From the NCBI GenBank assembly GCA_043816465.1, contig JBDRHV010000058.1:1-27186 (forward strand): a stretch of 27,186 bases of DNA. The letters are read 5' to 3'. A program made the position numbers and the translations under genes. This DNA comes from a bacterium. GTDB lineage: Bacteria > Patescibacteriota > Dojkabacteria > SC72 > JAFGCJ01. Below, piece after piece: positions 24,887 to 27,186 of this stretch (its first letter is position 1; each line of letters starts with the position of its first letter). The notes beneath the pieces are model-generated. The model searched no databases and was not told the DNA's origin. It saw only the letters and a list, made by a program, of their open reading frames with translations.

Positions 24887-25265
24887 GCTGGACTAAGTAT
24901 TACAGATGATCGCCATGAACCTTACGTGGTTCATGGAGGAAAGTCCGGACTCCATGTTGCTCCGACTAATCGGAGTAGGTGCCTGTGAAAGCAGGAAGGG
25001 AGTGATCTTTTGGATAAAAGGGCAACAGAAAGCAAACCTCCGCCTTTGGCGGAAAGGGTGAAAAGGTGGTGTAAGAGACCACCGGCTCTGACAGTAATGA
25101 AAGAGTGCGTGGTAACCCCCACTTGGAGCAAGGCCTAGTGCCGCATCCTACGTCGCGCTCACTTTGTATATTTGAGTTCGACTGTGGATCCGTTTTCACT
25201 TCGGTGAATGCGGGAGATAGATGGTCATCTAAACAGAATTCGGCTTATGTGGTGCTTAGTCCAGC
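24887..25265 (+). ncRNA. rnpB: RNase P RNA, bacterial type A (379 nt)
   Basis: 17-bp P1 (GCTGGACTAAGTATTAC / GTGGTGCTTAGTCCAGC, with GU pairs); GAGGAAAGTCCGG and ACAGAATTCGGCTTA (P4); GCAACAGAAAGCAAACC; AAGGGTGAAA; P13 GGTGGT-GTAAGAG-ACCACC; GGAGCAAGGCC. Confidence 0.97.
25039..25053 (+). repeat. Half-copy of the palindromic element forming RNase P helix P12
   Basis: TCCGCC TTT GGCGGA is the exact reverse complement of 23772-23786. Confidence 0.55.
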
Positions 25266-25432
25266 TGAATGGATTTACCTTTGTTTCTCAAATGATAATT
25301 TTGTTCTAGTAGAAGGGTTAATACAGGTTAAGCCTGAAGATTATCTTATACTCATAGGATAAACCCCGTGTTCAAAAACACCCTTCTTAGCAAAGTGTAC
25401 ATTTATGCTTTTGTAAGGATAAAATAACGAGG

Positions 25433-26368
25433 TTAAACCTTTTCTCTAAATCCCTTAAAAAAATCTTCTCCAGACATCTGGTTTTTTCCCTCCAGTTGTA
25501 CTGTGATAAGTCGGAGTTTTTTTTCAGGGTTATTAGTTGCAACCACAGGAATACTTTCAATTTCAGTTATTTCTCCCGGTTTTAAATCGGAGTTAGATTC
25601 TACCAATTCTGCTTCAAATATTTTTAGTCTTTTACTATTTACTTCCGTCCATGCAACTGGCCAAGATGAGAGTGCTCTTATCTTTCGTTCAATCTCTTCA
25701 GGCTCTTCAACTTCCCAATTGATTTTCGCAGCCTCCTTCGACATATCTTTCAAATAGCAGTAAGTAGCATTCGACTTCTCCTGAGTTTGAGGTTCAATCT
25801 CTCCATCGATCCAATCAGGAAGTATCTTCATAAGTAGATCGTGTCCAAGGGGTACAAGTTTTTCCTTCAGAGTTTCAGTGGTCTCATCGTCCGAGATTTC
25901 AACTTCCCTTTGTGATAAAATTGGTCCCACATCCATTTTTTCTTCCATGACCTGTATCGTTACTCCTGTTTTTTTATTTCCTCTCATGATTGCTGCCTGT
26001 ACTGGGCATGCGCCTCTCAATTCAGGGAGAAGTGAATAGTGGATATTTAGGCATTTATACTTTGGATATTCAAGTACTATTTTAGGAATAAATTCTCCAA
26101 AAGCAATGCATATAATTAATTTTGGTTTAGTTTCTTCCAAGATTTTCTTGTATTTCTCCTTGTCTCCATTTGGTTCAAATATCTCAATACCAAGCTCGAG
26201 TGCAGTACTTTTGATTTCGGTAGGTGTTAATTCCTGCTTTCTTCCTGAAGGTTTATCTGGTTGAGTAATCACTCCTGTAATTTTGTATTTATCGCTCAGA
26301 TGAAGGGTTTTAAGGATTTCTTTTCCTTCGTATGATGATCCTATGAAAACTGTATTAACTGGTTTCAT
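25433..26368 (-). CDS. fmt: Methionyl-tRNA formyltransferase
   Basis: VITQPDKPSGR...L.P..IK..A, AFGEFIP...L..PKY.C.NIHYSLLP..RGA.P.Q.AI..G...TGVTI..M...MD.GPI. Confidence 0.95.
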   Translation of the reverse strand: MKPVNTVFIGSSYEGKEILKTLHLSDKYKITGVITQPDKPSGRKQELTPTEIKSTALELGIEIFEPNGDKEKYKKILEETKPKLIICIAFGEFIPKIVLEYPKYKCLNIHYSLLPELRGACPVQAAIMRGNKKTGVTIQVMEEKMDVGPILSQREVEISDDETTETLKEKLVPLGHDLLMKILPDWIDGEIEPQTQEKSNATYCYLKDMSKEAAKINWEVEEPEEIERKIRALSSWPVAWTEVNSKRLKIFEAELVESNSDLKPGEITEIESIPVVATNNPEKKLRLITVQLEGKNQMSGEDFFKGFREKV

Positions 26369-26392
26369 TACTTTTTAATTTTTAAATTACGA

Positions 26393-26398
26393 TATAAT
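26393..26398 (+). promoter_or_regulatory. Possible -10 box for queA
   Basis: Perfect TATAAT about 40 nt upstream of the ATG; no convincing -35. Confidence 0.35.
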
Positions 26399-26439
26399 CT
26401 CTATGTTAACGCTGAAATTTTACATTATTGTAAGAATTA

Positions 26440-27186
26440 ATGAAAACGGAACTGTTTGATTATGATTTACCAAAAGAATTGATTGCACAAAATCCTCCCA
26501 AGAAAAGGGGCACTACCAACTTGTTGGTGTTGAACAAGGGAACTGGAGATATGGAACATCGAAAATACTTTGATATTCCAAGCTATATTAAAGAGGGTGA
26601 TGTTGTAGTTCTTAATAAAACTAAAGTTGTAAAGGCTAGGATTTTTCCAGTAGTAGAAAGGACAGGAAAAACCGTTGAGCTGTTATTTCTTGATAAGATA
26701 GGTAGAAATAGATGGCACTGTTTAATCGGTAGAGCGAAGGATGTAGTTATTGGTGACAAATTGGTATTGAATGAGTTTACAGTTACTATTATAGATCGAG
26801 AGGATAACGATCCCGGTTTTATAGTAGAAGTTGAAAACAGTAATGAACTAATGGAGAAGTATGGTCATGTCCCTCTTCCTCCTTACATAAAAAGAGAGGA
26901 TAATTTTGATGATAGACAAAGGTACAATACTGTGTTTGCTGAAAACGATGGGTCTGTTGCAGCTCCAACCGCAAGTTTAAACCTGACGGAGGAGATTATT
27001 GATAAAATAAAAAAGGCAGGTGCAAGTATTTGTTATGTGGATTTGACGGTTGGGTGGGGGACTTTTGCGCCTTTGAATACTGAGAGTATTGAAGATTTTC
27101 ATATTCATGGGGAATATGTTGAGGTTGGAAAAGAGACAGTTGACATGGTAAATAGCTGCAAAGGTAGGGTATGGGCTTTCGGAACT
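26440..27186 (+). CDS. queA: S-adenosylmethionine:tRNA ribosyltransferase-isomerase QueA (3'-truncated; not in the ORF track)
   Basis: Translated by hand, open to the window end: MKTELFDYDLPKELIAQNP, GDVVVLN.TKV..AR, YGHVPLPPYIKR, RYNTVFA...GSVAAPTA, VGWGTF.P. Confidence 0.93.
   Translation, partial: MKTELFDYDLPKELIAQNPPKKRGTTNLLVLNKGTGDMEHRKYFDIPSYIKEGDVVVLNKTKVVKARIFPVVERTGKTVELLFLDKIGRNRWHCLIGRAKDVVIGDKLVLNEFTVTIIDREDNDPGFIVEVENSNELMEKYGHVPLPPYIKREDNFDDRQRYNTVFAENDGSVAAPTASLNLTEEIIDKIKKAGASICYVDLTVGWGTFAPLNTESIEDFHIHGEYVEVGKETVDMVNSCKGRVWAFGT

Noticed and set aside
24931-25362. Short ORFs overlapping rnpB (24931-25131, 24966-25199, 25105-25362)
   Set aside because: They lie largely within a confidently identified structured RNA and show no recognisable protein family.
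25311-25387. Canonical tRNA gene
   Set aside because: No 7-nt anticodon loop, T-arm of only 3 bp with an 8-nt loop, no conserved D-loop GG and no CCA; kept only as a tRNA-like structure finding.

Overview
This is a low-GC bacterial chromosome segment dominated by the translation super-operon: fusA-tuf, then the S10, spc and alpha ribosomal protein clusters with secY, adk, map, infA and rpoA, then rplM-rpsI and the RNase P RNA gene. It is flanked on the left by an Ig-like/SH3 surface protein (partial), a PcrA/UvrD helicase, a G5+3D-domain cell-wall protein and a membrane-anchored TPR protein, and on the right by fmt and queA (partial). The missing rpmD (L30), the scarcity of Shine-Dalgarno motifs and the divergent ribosomal proteins suggest a Patescibacteria/CPR genome (inference). 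TGA is used as a stop, so code 11 applies. Main observations: (1) a 30-bp double-palindromic element (consensus TCCGCC AAA GGCGGA TCCGCC TCT GGCGGA, stop-free in all six frames) inserted in-frame in four ribosomal-protein tails (L22, L29, S11, L17), with half-copies in RNase P helix P12 and an intergenic spacer; (2) parallel loss of the guanine-specificity residues (G4 NKxD Asp, G5 Ser to Asp) in both EF-G and EF-Tu; (3) a +1 frameshift at an A7 run in rpsD; (4) Lys-rich tails on the exit-tunnel proteins, including a MinD-like amphipathic helix on L17; (5) a perfect 17-bp inverted repeat between divergent genes and a cloverleaf-like structure downstream of rnpB. All calls come from reading the sequence; no database search or folding program was run.
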